Counted from the first letter of the stretch, positions 10,069 through 19,745 are shown. The stretch: DNA of 64,000 nt from a bacterium (GCA_965216315.1 CBDCFN010000016.1:736001-800000), one strand, 5' to 3'. Translations and numbers: made by a program. The notes: generated by a model not told the origin, from the sequence alone.

Positions 10069-11463
10069 ATGAATACATGGGTAACGAAACTATCAGGAAT
10101 TTTAATACTCACCATCGCTATCAGCGTCTCGGCATGTAGTAACACCACTCAGCCGGCGGAAGAACCCGCTGTGGGCGGCATTGGCATCATTGATGTCATT
10201 GATCCGATCGTCAGTGAGCCGACGGTCAGCGAACCGACTGTCATCGAAGAAGTTGAAGCCCCTTCGGCTGAAGAAGATGCGTTAAGAGATCGCGTTGCCG
10301 AATTGGAAGCGGAATTGGAACGTGCCCGCAGCGAAGCCGCGACGGAAGACGCACGTGATGCGGAAGCCGCAGCAGAACTGGAGCGTCGTATTGCGGAACT
10401 CGAAGCGGCTGCGGAGAGAGCGCGTCGTGAAGCAGAAGCTGAACGAGCTCGTATAGAAGCAGAAGAAGCTTTGGCGGACCGGTTTGGTACTGAACTGGAA
10501 GTTGAAGTTGGTGCAGTTCGAACCATTCCCGTTATTCCTTATCAATTCGCATTTGTGTCCAAGCGCGGCGAATCCGGCGCGACGAATGTCTATACGCGGA
10601 ATACACGTAGCGACAGCGAAGTGAATCAGTTGACAGCAAACGACAAGAAAGCCGTGATTTATATGGATCCGTCGCTCAATCATGATGGATCACAGATTGC
10701 CTATACGATAGGAATCAACCTTGGCTTATTAGGGTTTACCTACGTCTCTTATGGTTCCATTAATGATGTCAGTGCTCACCAAGTTATCAAGCGTGATGGC
10801 AAAGAGCTGTTTAGTATGAACGCGGAATGGGCGCCTGCCAGCGATGAAATCGTGTTTATTGAGAAGGCGAATAGACGCGTTGATGGTAGAAACCAGTTAA
10901 CTAGCGTTGCTAATGTCATCAATACAGAGAGCGGACTTGTGACACCATTGGGATTTTGGGGCGAAATGGAAGCAATTAATTGGAATACGAGCGATGATTC
11001 CGAGATTGCTTATTTTACGACACAGAAAGTTTCCGCCAACGGGAAAGAAACCTTAGAAATTATGCAGAGTGAGTTCAATGTAATGAGTGGTACCTATGAA
11101 CAACTTGATATGATTCCGACGAATGGTACGGACCATTATGATCTAGCGATTTCGCCTGACGGTAAGATGCTGGCCTATGTTCAGAAAATGGGTGAGGACA
11201 CGGCAATCTTTACCTGTAAGGTCCGTTATGAAGAAAACGGTCAGGCTTCTTGCAAGAGCTTAGCTGATTATAATTTGTTGACGCTCGAAGCGGGACGTCA
11301 CGAATCACCTTGTTTTACCCGGGATAGCCAATTCATTCTTTTTGCCTCAGATCGTGATGGGGATGATTTGGATATCTACATGCAGCGGGCCGATGGCTCC
11401 GAACCTGCGCTGCGTCTCACGGATGATCCGGCCGACGATTACGAACCGGCTTGTGGAAAATAA
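10069..11463 (+). CDS. Lipoprotein with coiled-coil stalk and TolB-like (PD40) beta-propeller
   Basis: VSAC lipobox; E/A/R coiled coil; ISPDGKMLAY, FASDRDG, RLTDDPADDYEP. Confidence 0.8.
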   Translation: MNTWVTKLSGILILTIAISVSACSNTTQPAEEPAVGGIGIIDVIDPIVSEPTVSEPTVIEEVEAPSAEEDALRDRVAELEAELERARSEAATEDARDAEAAAELERRIAELEAAAERARREAEAERARIEAEEALADRFGTELEVEVGAVRTIPVIPYQFAFVSKRGESGATNVYTRNTRSDSEVNQLTANDKKAVIYMDPSLNHDGSQIAYTIGINLGLLGFTYVSYGSINDVSAHQVIKRDGKELFSMNAEWAPASDEIVFIEKANRRVDGRNQLTSVANVINTESGLVTPLGFWGEMEAINWNTSDDSEIAYFTTQKVSANGKETLEIMQSEFNVMSGTYEQLDMIPTNGTDHYDLAISPDGKMLAYVQKMGEDTAIFTCKVRYEENGQASCKSLADYNLLTLEAGRHESPCFTRDSQFILFASDRDGDDLDIYMQRADGSEPALRLTDDPADDYEPACGK

Positions 11464-11492
11464 GACCCTATCATTCACCTAGACACGCTTTT

Positions 11493-11528
11493 AAAAAGGC
11501 CGGTGGTCATAAGACCACCGGCTTTTTT
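11493..11528. terminator. Bidirectional intrinsic terminator
   Basis: AAAAAG-GCCGGTGGTC-ATAA-GACCACCGGC-TTTTTT between convergent genes. Confidence 0.85.
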
Positions 11529-11535
11529 CTAAGTT

Positions 11536-11694
11536 TTAAACCGCTTCACGAAGTTCCGCTTTCGGTTCCATATCGACATCAATGATGTCGCGGAGGGTGT
11601 CGGATCCGAATATGCGCATAAATTCCAGGACCATCTTGGTGTAGGGTTGGTTTTCTTCCTGAACGGATTCAGGGGATGTTGGGTGTAGCATCAT
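11536..11694 (-). CDS. Small 52-aa protein missing from the ORF track (MMLHPTSPESVQEENQPYTKMVLEFMRIFGSDTLRDIIDVDMEPKAELREAV)
   Basis: ATG preceded by AAGAGG, upstream sigma54-like site, ends at the bidirectional terminator. Confidence 0.6.
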   Translation of the reverse strand: MMLHPTSPESVQEENQPYTKMVLEFMRIFGSDTLRDIIDVDMEPKAELREAV

Positions 11695-11750
11695 AACCTC
11701 TTAAATAGCTGTTTGGAGCCTCCCTGTGAGGCTCTCTACCCTCGAGGTAT

Positions 11751-11766
11751 TGCAAATTATATTCCA
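11751..11766 (-). promoter_or_regulatory. Sigma54-like promoter for the small ORF
   Basis: TGGAAT-ATAAT-TTGCA on the minus strand (GG-N10-GC). Confidence 0.55.
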
Positions 11767-11930
11767 AAAATATGTAAACACATTAAAATTATATAACTAT
11801 ATGTAATTACTTATATAAATTACATTTATGTCTTCTTGTATAGCGGGGGAAAATCTATAATTTGTCAACAGTGGGCCGCTAATTGCGGACACCAGGCCCC
11901 AGAACTTGACTTCCCCTGAAATATTGACAT

Positions 11931-11972
11931 ATATGACCAGGAAGGTCATATTGGACTATAGAGGTCCGATAT
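11931..11972. promoter_or_regulatory. Two tandem GAC-N7-GTC palindromes, putative Rrf2/IscR-type operators
   Basis: ATATGAC-CAGGAAG-GTCATAT and ATATTGGAC-TATAGAG-GTCCGATAT, overlapping TTGACA-N17-CATATT (11924-11952). Confidence 0.6.
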
Positions 11973-12071
11973 AGGACGTAAAACAGGAGCTGTTCTTTCT
12001 AACTATCTGTAATTAAATAGTTAATTGGCGGAATTGCCACGGTGACTAACGAGACCGAAACGATCTGAGTT

Positions 12072-12542
12072 ATGATAAAACTGAACCGCAAAACCGAATA
12101 TGCCCTCCTGGCCATCCAGTATATTTGCCATCGGGAGCAGGAGACGGGGGAGGTGACCAAGGCCCGTGAGATCGCCGACGCCTGTCACATTCCCTATTCG
12201 TTACTGGCCAAGGTCATGCAGAGCTTAGCAGGCCGCGGCATCATCAAGTCGACTCATGGGACCAAGGGGGGCTACACCCTCGCGAAACGTCCCGAGGATA
12301 TCGCGGTTTCGGAAGTCGTCGAGGTCTTTGACGGTCGGGTCGCGGTTGCAGACTGTTTTAAGGACGCGAAGATTACCTGCCCGCAGTGGAGTGATTGTTC
12401 CATTAAGGATCCACTCGCGGAGCTCAATCATAAAATTTATTCACTGTTAGCGCACACGACACTCAAAGACTTACTGGGCGAAGGCGATAGTAAGTTATGG
12501 GAGACAGGTGCAGAGGACCTGCCTGTTTATCAAGTCACTTAA
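12072..12542 (+). CDS. Rrf2 family (IscR/SufR-like) transcriptional regulator
   Basis: TEYAL, STHGTKGGYTLA, three Cys (C-x7-C-x5-C); first gene of the suf operon. Confidence 0.9.
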   Translation: MIKLNRKTEYALLAIQYICHREQETGEVTKAREIADACHIPYSLLAKVMQSLAGRGIIKSTHGTKGGYTLAKRPEDIAVSEVVEVFDGRVAVADCFKDAKITCPQWSDCSIKDPLAELNHKIYSLLAHTTLKDLLGEGDSKLWETGAEDLPVYQVT

Positions 12543-12551
12543 GGAAGGCCT

Positions 12552-13997
12552 ATGTCAGATACAAACACCCTCGAAGAACTCGAAAATAGAGAATACCGTT
12601 ACGGTTTTGTAACCGACATTGCTCAGGAAGAATTTCCTAAGGGGCTCAATGAAGATATCGTGCGGATGATATCGGCGAAGAAGAACGAGCCTGAGTTTAT
12701 GTTGGAGTGGCGCCTGAAGGCCTATCGTCATTGGCTGACGATGAAGGAACCGGACTGGCAATATGTGAAGTATCCGCCGATTGATTATCAGGATGCTTAT
12801 TATTATGCCGCGCCGAAAAAGAAAGAGGATGGGCCGAAGAGCCTTGATGAAGTCGACCCTGAACTGATCGATACCTACGAAAAGCTAGGCATTCCCCTTG
12901 ATGAGCAAAAACGCCTGAGCGGGATCGCCGTCGATGCGGTCTTTGATAGCGTTTCCGTGGCGACGACTTTTAAGGACAAGCTTGCGGAGATGGGGATCAT
13001 CTTTTGTTCTTTTTCTGAAGCGGTTCAGGAACATCCGGATCTCGTCCAGAAATATCTCGGTTCCGTCGTTCCCTATACGGACAATTATTTTGCAGCGCTT
13101 AACTCCGCCGTTTTTAGTGACGGGTCGTTTGCCTATATCCCGAAGGGGGTGCGTTGCCCGATGGAATTATCGACTTACTTCCGGATCAATGCGGCGAACA
13201 CGGGACAATTTGAACGGACTCTTCTGATAGCCGATGACGACGCCTATGTCAGCTACTTGGAAGGGTGTACGGCTCCGATGCGCGATGAAAATCAGTTGCA
13301 TGCCGCGGTCGTTGAGTTGGTAGCTCTCGATAATGCGCAGATTAAATATTCCACGGTTCAAAACTGGTATCCCGGTGATGAAAATGGGAAGGGTGGCATT
13401 TATAATTTCGTGACCAAGCGAGGCAAATGTCAGGGGCATCACTCTAAAATTTCTTGGACTCAGGTTGAGACCGGTTCAGCGATTACTTGGAAATATCCGA
13501 GTTGTTTGTTGATTGGGGATCATTCCGTCGGTGAGTTCTATTCCGTCGCGACAACAATGAACCATCAGGCGGCGGATACCGGAACCAAGATGATTCATAT
13601 TGGTAAGAACACGAAAAGCACGATTATTTCCAAGGGGATCTCCGCAGGACACGGACAGAATGTCTATCGTGGTCTCGTTAAGATTCAAAAGACCGCTGAA
13701 GGGGCGCGTAATTATACCCAGTGTGACTCGTTGTTGATGGGGGATAAGTGCGGGGCTCATACCTTTCCTTATATAGAGGTCAAAAATAAGTCGGCGCAGA
13801 TGGAGCACGAGGCAACGACCTCGAAGATCAGCGAAGATCAGCTTTTTTATTGCCGGCAACGTGGTTTGTCGGAGGAAGACGCGGTCAACATGATCGTAAA
13901 TGGATTTTGCAAGGAAGTCCTCAACGAACTGCCGATGGAGTTTGCCGTTGAGGCTCAGAACCTATTGAATTTGAAATTAGAAGGAGCGGTTGGCTAA
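12552..13997 (+). CDS. sufB: Fe-S cluster assembly protein SufB
   Basis: [40 protein letters not shown]. Confidence 0.97.
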   Translation: MSDTNTLEELENREYRYGFVTDIAQEEFPKGLNEDIVRMISAKKNEPEFMLEWRLKAYRHWLTMKEPDWQYVKYPPIDYQDAYYYAAPKKKEDGPKSLDEVDPELIDTYEKLGIPLDEQKRLSGIAVDAVFDSVSVATTFKDKLAEMGIIFCSFSEAVQEHPDLVQKYLGSVVPYTDNYFAALNSAVFSDGSFAYIPKGVRCPMELSTYFRINAANTGQFERTLLIADDDAYVSYLEGCTAPMRDENQLHAAVVELVALDNAQIKYSTVQNWYPGDENGKGGIYNFVTKRGKCQGHHSKISWTQVETGSAITWKYPSCLLIGDHSVGEFYSVATTMNHQAADTGTKMIHIGKNTKSTIISKGISAGHGQNVYRGLVKIQKTAEGARNYTQCDSLLMGDKCGAHTFPYIEVKNKSAQMEHEATTSKISEDQLFYCRQRGLSEEDAVNMIVNGFCKEVLNELPMEFAVEAQNLLNLKLEGAVG

Positions 13998-14764
13998 TGC
14001 TCGAAATAAAAGATCTACATGTCAGTATCGAAGGTAAGGAAATCCTCAGGGGGCTCAATTTGACCCTGCCTGATGGAGAGGTTCATGCGATTATGGGCCC
14101 GAATGGCTCCGGTAAGAGTACTTTGTCTTATGTGCTAACAGGGCGCGAAGGTTATGAGGTGACCCAAGGCTCTATTTTATATAACGGCCGCGATCTCATC
14201 GAGATGGAACCGGAAGAGCGTGCTCGCGAGGGTGTCTTTCTGGCTTTTCAGTATCCCGTTGAAGTGCCCGGTGTCAGTAATATCAATTTCTTGAAGACAG
14301 CGGTGAATTCGATTCGCAAGCATCGTGGCGAAGGCGAGATGGATGCGATTGATTTTCTCGAATATCTCAAGGGAAAAATGGGTATTGTCGGCATGACGGA
14401 TGAGTTGCTGAAGCGTTCCGTCAATCAAGGGTTTTCCGGCGGTGAAAAGAAACGTAACGAAATTTTTCAGATGGCCGTGTTGGATCCCAAACTGGCCATC
14501 CTCGACGAGACGGATTCGGGCCTCGATATCGATGCCCTTAAGGTCGTGGCCGGAGGAGTGAATGCCTTACGCGGTGAAGATCGTTCGGCGCTCGTTATCA
14601 CCCATTACCAGCGTTTACTTGAGTATATTGTTCCGGATGTCGTGCATGTCTTGGCCGACGGTCAGATTGTTAAGTCCGGCGGCAAAGAGCTGGCATTGGA
14701 GCTTGAAGAAAAGGGTTATGGCTGGGTGAGTCCTGATGAGATGACAGCTGAAGGAGTGGCTTAA
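13997..14764 (+). CDS. sufC: Fe-S cluster assembly ATPase SufC
   Basis: GPNGSGKST, FSGGEKKRNE, LDETDSGLDID, ITHYQRLL. Confidence 0.97.
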   Translation: MLEIKDLHVSIEGKEILRGLNLTLPDGEVHAIMGPNGSGKSTLSYVLTGREGYEVTQGSILYNGRDLIEMEPEERAREGVFLAFQYPVEVPGVSNINFLKTAVNSIRKHRGEGEMDAIDFLEYLKGKMGIVGMTDELLKRSVNQGFSGGEKKRNEIFQMAVLDPKLAILDETDSGLDIDALKVVAGGVNALRGEDRSALVITHYQRLLEYIVPDVVHVLADGQIVKSGGKELALELEEKGYGWVSPDEMTAEGVA

Positions 14765-14768
14765 TACT

Positions 14769-16100
14769 ATGGGATTGGCTCAACAAAAAGAAAAAGTTTC
14801 GCTGCCGGCATGGGTTCCACTGGATCGAGGTGTTCCTAAAGAGGGGCCGCTGTGGTTGCAGGCGCGTCGAGAGGCGGCTCTGACGGCGTTGTCGGAGCGA
14901 GGGTTGCCGACCGCACAAGATGAAGAATGGCGGTATACTTCGATCGCGCCACTTCATAAGTTTGATTTTCGCCCTGATGATTCGGGCCTTTCGGTATTGC
15001 CACACGCGGATACGGATGAGTTGGGCATATCATTGGGAACGGGACCGGAATGTGTTTTTGTGAATGGCCGCTTTCGACCGAAGTTGAGCCGTCGTCTTGA
15101 GTTGCCTGCCGGAGTGCGTATTATTTCACTGAGTGAGGCTTTGAAGACAAGTGACAGTGAACTGGAAGCGCACCTTGCTCGCGCTATTGATTTAAACCAA
15201 CATCCCTTTGCAGCGCTTAACACTTGGCAGTTGGTTGATGGCGCGGTCATTGTTCTCGATAAGGGCGTCGTACTGGATGCACCGATTCATCTTCATTTTA
15301 TTGCGAATGCTCCGGAAGGAGAGATTCTTGCACAACCACGCACGATCATTGTTGCTGGAGAGAACAGTCGGGCGACCATACTCGAATCTTTCGTAGGGGC
15401 GGCGGGTCAGGTTTATTTGACGAATGCCGTTATGGAAGTTTGTTTGAAGCCGGCGTCAAAAATTAACTATTACAAACTGCAGAATGAATCGGAGCGGGCC
15501 TTTCATGTGGCGACTTTGCATGTTGAGCAGGGGACCAACAGTTGCTTCAATGCTTGCACCATTTCCATGGGGGCCGGGATCAGCCGTTATGATACCGATG
15601 TGAAGCAATCAGCCGAGGGGGCGGAATGTATCATCAACGGCTTATATCTCGCGATGGATAAGCAGCATGTGGATCACCATCTGCGCCTTGATCATCTGCA
15701 ACCTCATGGCAGTAGCCAGTTATTGTTTAAGGGCGTGCTCGATCAGCAAGGGCGCGCTGTTTATAATGGTAAGGTTGTCGTCCACGAAGGGGCCTCCGGA
15801 ACTTCGGCCGACCAGACGAATAACAACCTACTATTGTCCTCCGAGGCAGAGGCGGATCCAAAGCCGGAATTGGAAATCTATCACAATGATGTCAAATGTT
15901 CTCATGGTGCCACCGTCGGTCAGCTTGACGAAAAGGCCTTATTCTATCTGCGATCCCGCGGGATCGGTCTGGCTGAAGCGCGTCAGATATTGACCTTAGG
16001 CTTTGCGAAGCAAGTCATGGAGTCAATTGAACTTCCGCGCCTCGAAGCCTACTGCGAATGCCAATTTCTACAACGTTTGGGAGGAATGAGGCATGAATAG
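14769..16100 (+). CDS. sufD: Fe-S cluster assembly protein SufD
   Basis: EEWRYT, NNLLLS, KPELEIY.NDVKCSHGATVG, LFYLRSRGI. Confidence 0.95.
   Translation: MGLAQQKEKVSLPAWVPLDRGVPKEGPLWLQARREAALTALSERGLPTAQDEEWRYTSIAPLHKFDFRPDDSGLSVLPHADTDELGISLGTGPECVFVNGRFRPKLSRRLELPAGVRIISLSEALKTSDSELEAHLARAIDLNQHPFAALNTWQLVDGAVIVLDKGVVLDAPIHLHFIANAPEGEILAQPRTIIVAGENSRATILESFVGAAGQVYLTNAVMEVCLKPASKINYYKLQNESERAFHVATLHVEQGTNSCFNACTISMGAGISRYDTDVKQSAEGAECIINGLYLAMDKQHVDHHLRLDHLQPHGSSQLLFKGVLDQQGRAVYNGKVVVHEGASGTSADQTNNNLLLSSEAEADPKPELEIYHNDVKCSHGATVGQLDEKALFYLRSRGIGLAEARQILTLGFAKQVMESIELPRLEAYCECQFLQRLGGMRHE
16059..16099 (+). repeat. 41-bp direct repeat, copy 1 (sufD end/sufS RBS and start)
   Basis: TGCCAATTTCTACAACGTTTGGGAGGAATGAGGCATGAATA, identical to 16177-16217. 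Confidence 0.95.
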
Positions 16101-16176
16101 CGAGCGACGCGAGCGAGAGGGGGAGGCTCCGTCCGGCTTTGCCGGTGGAGGGGGCGACGCGAGCCCCTATTACGCC
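16100..16176 (+). mobile_element. 77-bp structured mini-element, copy A
   Basis: Lies between 41-bp direct repeats; homologous to the reverse complement of 48935-49010. Confidence 0.75.
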
Positions 16177-16217
16177 TGCCAATTTCTACAACGTTTGGGA
16201 GGAATGAGGCATGAATA
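16177..16217 (+). repeat. 41-bp direct repeat, copy 2
   Basis: Identical to 16059-16099; supplies the sufS RBS and ATG. Confidence 0.95.
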
Positions 16218-17461
16218 ACGCTGTGCCCTCAACGGAAAAAAAATCCTTTGATGTAGCGAGCATTCGTGAGGACTTCCCGATCTTGCAAGACCAAATGAAT
16301 GGCAAGCCACTCGTTTTTCTCGATAATGCGGCCTCTACTCAAAAGCCACAGGTCATGATCGATGCGGAGCAGGAGTTCTATGCGCATCAGTACGCTAACA
16401 TTCACCGTGGTGTTTACAAGTTAAGTGAAGCGGCAACGATAGCGTTTGAGGGGGCACGCAAAAAAGTTCAAAACTTTATCAATGCTCAAGATGCGCGCGA
16501 GATTATTTTTACAAGGTCGACGACGGAGTCGATTAACTTAGTCGCTCATTCGTATGGCCGGTCGAACATCCAGGCCGGTGATGAAGTCTTGATTACCGAA
16601 ATGGAACATCATTCTAACATCGTTCCCTGGCAACTTGTTTGTGAAGAGCAGGGAGCGACCTTAAGGGTGGTCCCGATCAATGATGCCGGTGAGGTGGCCT
16701 TAGCGGACTTTGAGCGCATGCTCACTGACAAGACCCGCATCGTAGCCATCACGCATATCTCCAATGCCTTGGGGACGATCAATCCGGTGAAAGATATCAT
16801 TGAACTAGCCCATAGCCGCAATGTTCCCGTCCTCGTCGATGGAGCCCAGGCGGCTCCCCATCTGGCCCTCGATATGCAAGCCCTGGACTGCGATTTTTAC
16901 GCGTTTTCCGGACACAAGGTTTTTGGGCCGACCGGCATCGGGGTCTTATACGGAAAATATGCGCACCTGGATGCGATGAAACCTTATCAAGGGGGTGGCG
17001 ATATGATCCAGACCGTCACCTTTGATAAGACGACTTTTAAAGAACCGCCGTATAAATTCGAAGCGGGAACGCCGAATATTGCCGGGGCGATTGCACTCGG
17101 GGTTTCACTTGATTACGTGAGCGCCATCGGCCTCGATGTGATTGCTAGTTACGAACAAGATTTACATGATTTTGCGGTGGAGAGTTTGCAACAGGTTCAA
17201 GGTCTCCGTTTGATTGGGACGGCCGCGCGGAAGACGGGACTGGTTTCTTTCGTATTAGCAGGGGCGCATCCTCATGATATCGGCACGATACTTGATAGGG
17301 AAGGAATTGCAATTCGCGCGGGGCATCACTGTGCCCAGCCTGTTATGGATCATTATAAGGTGCCTGCGACCGTGCGGGCTTCTTTTGCTTTTTATAATAC
17401 GCATGATGAAGTGACTGCCCTCGTCAAGGGGCTCGATAAAGTTCGGGAGATACTGGGATAA
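16211..17461 (+). CDS. sufS: Cysteine desulfurase SufS
   Basis: FLDNAASTQKP, EHHSNIVPWQ, FSGHKVFGPTGIG, RAGHHCAQP. Confidence 0.97.
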   Translation: MNNAVPSTEKKSFDVASIREDFPILQDQMNGKPLVFLDNAASTQKPQVMIDAEQEFYAHQYANIHRGVYKLSEAATIAFEGARKKVQNFINAQDAREIIFTRSTTESINLVAHSYGRSNIQAGDEVLITEMEHHSNIVPWQLVCEEQGATLRVVPINDAGEVALADFERMLTDKTRIVAITHISNALGTINPVKDIIELAHSRNVPVLVDGAQAAPHLALDMQALDCDFYAFSGHKVFGPTGIGVLYGKYAHLDAMKPYQGGGDMIQTVTFDKTTFKEPPYKFEAGTPNIAGAIALGVSLDYVSAIGLDVIASYEQDLHDFAVESLQQVQGLRLIGTAARKTGLVSFVLAGAHPHDIGTILDREGIAIRAGHHCAQPVMDHYKVPATVRASFAFYNTHDEVTALVKGLDKVREILG

Positions 17462-17907
17462 TGTCGGACTTAAGAGATCTCTATCAAGAAGTAATATTGG
17501 ATCACAGTAAAGCACCACGCAATTTTGGTGAACTGCAGGGTTCCAATCGAAAAGCTGAGGGTTACAATCCATTGTGTGGTGATCGCTTAACGCTCTTTCT
17601 GAGTGTCGAAGGTGAAACCGTATCGGATGTTCATTTCCAGGGCTCGGGTTGTGCGATTTCAACGGCCTCCGCCTCGATGATGACGGAAGCGATTAAGGGT
17701 AAGACGATCACGGAGGCTGGAGCCCTGTTTGAAGACTTCCATAATTTGGTGACCGGTGAGGGTGGGGTTAAGGATGGGGAATTAGGCAAATTGAAGATTT
17801 TTTCGGGGGTTCGGGATTATCCCACCCGGGTCAAATGCGCGACCCTCGCCTGGCATACCTTGAAGGCCGCGTGCGATAATAAGGACGAAGCGGTTTCGAC
17901 GGAGTGA
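17461..17907 (+). CDS. sufU: SufU (NifU-like) sulfur-transfer protein
   Basis: LYQEVILDH, NPLCGD, GSGCAIS.AS.S, RVKCATL.W. Confidence 0.95.
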   Translation: MSDLRDLYQEVILDHSKAPRNFGELQGSNRKAEGYNPLCGDRLTLFLSVEGETVSDVHFQGSGCAISTASASMMTEAIKGKTITEAGALFEDFHNLVTGEGGVKDGELGKLKIFSGVRDYPTRVKCATLAWHTLKAACDNKDEAVSTE

Positions 17908-17910
17908 ACG

Positions 17911-18294
17911 ATGGATGATCACGCCAGTAACGAAGTGCCCAACAATCCCTTGCAGCCGCCCCAGGAAGCCAAGCCCCAGGGTGAGGGCGGAGGCTCGCTG
18001 CGCGCTGAAGCGATCGATGTGCTTCAAAGTGTTTATGACCCAGAAATACCCGTTAATATCTGGGAGTTAGGGCTTATTTATAAAGTAGAAATTGAAAATG
18101 AAAAAGACCTTAAAGTTCAGATGACACTGACGACGCCGGCGTGCCCGGTGGCCGGATCGTTGCCCGGAGAGGTGGAGATGCGGCTCAAAACCATCGAAGG
18201 GATCGGGGACGTTCAGGTCGAGCTGGTCTGGGATCCGCCGTGGGATAAGGATATGATGAGTGAGGCGGCTAAGCTTCAATTGGGCTTTTTGTAA
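17911..18294 (+). CDS. sufT: SufT/DUF59 Fe-S assembly protein
   Basis: VYDPEIPVNIWELGLIY, MTLTTPACP, VWDPPW. Confidence 0.9.
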   Translation: MDDHASNEVPNNPLQPPQEAKPQGEGGGSLRAEAIDVLQSVYDPEIPVNIWELGLIYKVEIENEKDLKVQMTLTTPACPVAGSLPGEVEMRLKTIEGIGDVQVELVWDPPWDKDMMSEAAKLQLGFL

Positions 18295-18338
18295 AAATTC
18301 TTGCAATTCGATGCCTTGAGGGGATATCTACAAGCGCC

Positions 18339-18632
18339 ATGTCACGAGTATGTCAAATAACCAAGAAGCGGCCTATGCGGGGGAATAACGTCTCCCATGC
18401 CAATAATAAGACGCATAAGATTCAGGATATCAACCTGACTTCTAAGCGCTTTTTCTTGCCGGAGCTCGGCCAATGGGTCCGGATCCGCGTTTCAACCAAG
18501 GGGATCAAGACTCTGACCAAGCTGGGGGGGCTGTCACCCTTTCTCTTGAAGACGCCGCTCGCTGAGCTTGATCCTGACCTCAGGCAGTGGAAACGCGCCT
18601 TGGCCAATCGTCTCAAGGTCGCGACGCGTTAA
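18339..18632 (+). CDS. rpmB: 50S ribosomal protein L28
   Basis: MSRVCQITKKRP..GNNVSHANNKT. Confidence 0.95.
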   Translation: MSRVCQITKKRPMRGNNVSHANNKTHKIQDINLTSKRFFLPELGQWVRIRVSTKGIKTLTKLGGLSPFLLKTPLAELDPDLRQWKRALANRLKVATR

Positions 18633-18638
18633 TTGACT

Positions 18639-19115
18639 ATGTCTGATAAAGAAGCCATCGGAAGTGCCCTTGGTAAGATTCCCTCGGGAGTTGGAGTCTT
18701 AACGACTAAGAGTGGTGATCAAGAATCGGCCATGCTCGCCTCTTGGTTTCAACAGGCTGCGTTTGATCCGCCAATGGTGACGGTCGCAGTTAATAAGTCA
18801 CGTCCGATCGCGTCGCTGATCGATGATTCCAAGAAATTTTGCCTTAGTCTTTTTCATACTAATCAAAAAAATCTGTTCGGACATTTTGCCCGCGGTTTTG
18901 AACCCGGTGTGGATCCCTTTGAAGGTATCAATGTGAAGCGGGAAGAATGTGGTTGCGCCATTCTTGCCGACTCAATGGCTTATCTGCGCTGCGAATTAGT
19001 CAGCGTTACGGATGCCGGGGATCATAAGCTTTATCTTGGCAAGATTATCGACGGCAATATTCTCGACGACGGGAATACGATGGTTCATACCCGCAAGAAC
19101 GGCTTCAAATACTGA
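18639..19115 (+). CDS. Flavin reductase-like protein
   Basis: ALGKIPSGV.VLT, ASWFQQAAFDPP, AGDH, HTRKNG. Confidence 0.9.
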   Translation: MSDKEAIGSALGKIPSGVGVLTTKSGDQESAMLASWFQQAAFDPPMVTVAVNKSRPIASLIDDSKKFCLSLFHTNQKNLFGHFARGFEPGVDPFEGINVKREECGCAILADSMAYLRCELVSVTDAGDHKLYLGKIIDGNILDDGNTMVHTRKNGFKY

Positions 19116-19132
19116 CCGCCCTCTTGAGTCTC

Positions 19133-19678
19133 TTAATGCATGCCTCCGCCGAGGACGAGTTGGGCGGGATCGATTCCCATATCGCCGAGCACAGCGTGCC
19201 ATATCTTATCGGTCGGGGTCTCGAAGATGTGGGTTGGATTAACCTCCGTAGTTAGCCAGGCACCTTGGGTCATCTCCTGATCGAGCTGTCCCTCGCCCCA
19301 GCCGGCATAGCCGAGTAAAAAACGCATTTCTTTATAGCCAGTTTCGAGCAATTCTTTGAGCGAATCTTGACTGCCGCTCAGAAATAAACCGGGCATGATT
19401 TCCTGCTTTTCACCGAGTTTTCCGTTTTGATGAATGATCCAACCGCCCGCAGGTTCGACCGGTCCTCCCTTGAAGACGGGGGCGGCCGCAATCCTCTCAT
19501 TGCAGATGAGGTCATGATTCTCGGCAAAACTGCCTAAATCGAGTGCAGTCGGGTCGTTAATGACGAGTCCCAGTGCGCCGTCGGGGCTGTGTTCGAGGAT
19601 GAGGACGATGCGATGTGAGAAATTAGGGTCCCCGAGCTGGGGGACGGCGATGAGAAAACTAGGATTAAAGCGCGCCAC
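19133..19678 (-). CDS. YqgE/AlgH (DUF179) family protein
   Basis: LIAVPQLGDPNF, GALGLVIN, GGPV, LGYAGWGEGQL; start reassigned to GTG 19678. Confidence 0.9.
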   Translation of the reverse strand: MARFNPSFLIAVPQLGDPNFSHRIVLILEHSPDGALGLVINDPTALDLGSFAENHDLICNERIAAAPVFKGGPVEPAGGWIIHQNGKLGEKQEIMPGLFLSGSQDSLKELLETGYKEMRFLLGYAGWGEGQLDQEMTQGAWLTTEVNPTHIFETPTDKIWHAVLGDMGIDPAQLVLGGGMH

Positions 19679-19745
19679 CTCCTCATCATAAAGTATACGC
19701 CCCCCTTTGACAATTTTCAGCCTGTGGTGTCTGGTGGCGATCTCT

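Noticed and set aside
10201..10440. Short repeats (PIVSE/PTVSE/PTVIE; duplicated RxAELEA..ERAR.EA) in the TolB-like lipoprotein
   Set aside because: Ordinary low-complexity linker and coiled coil
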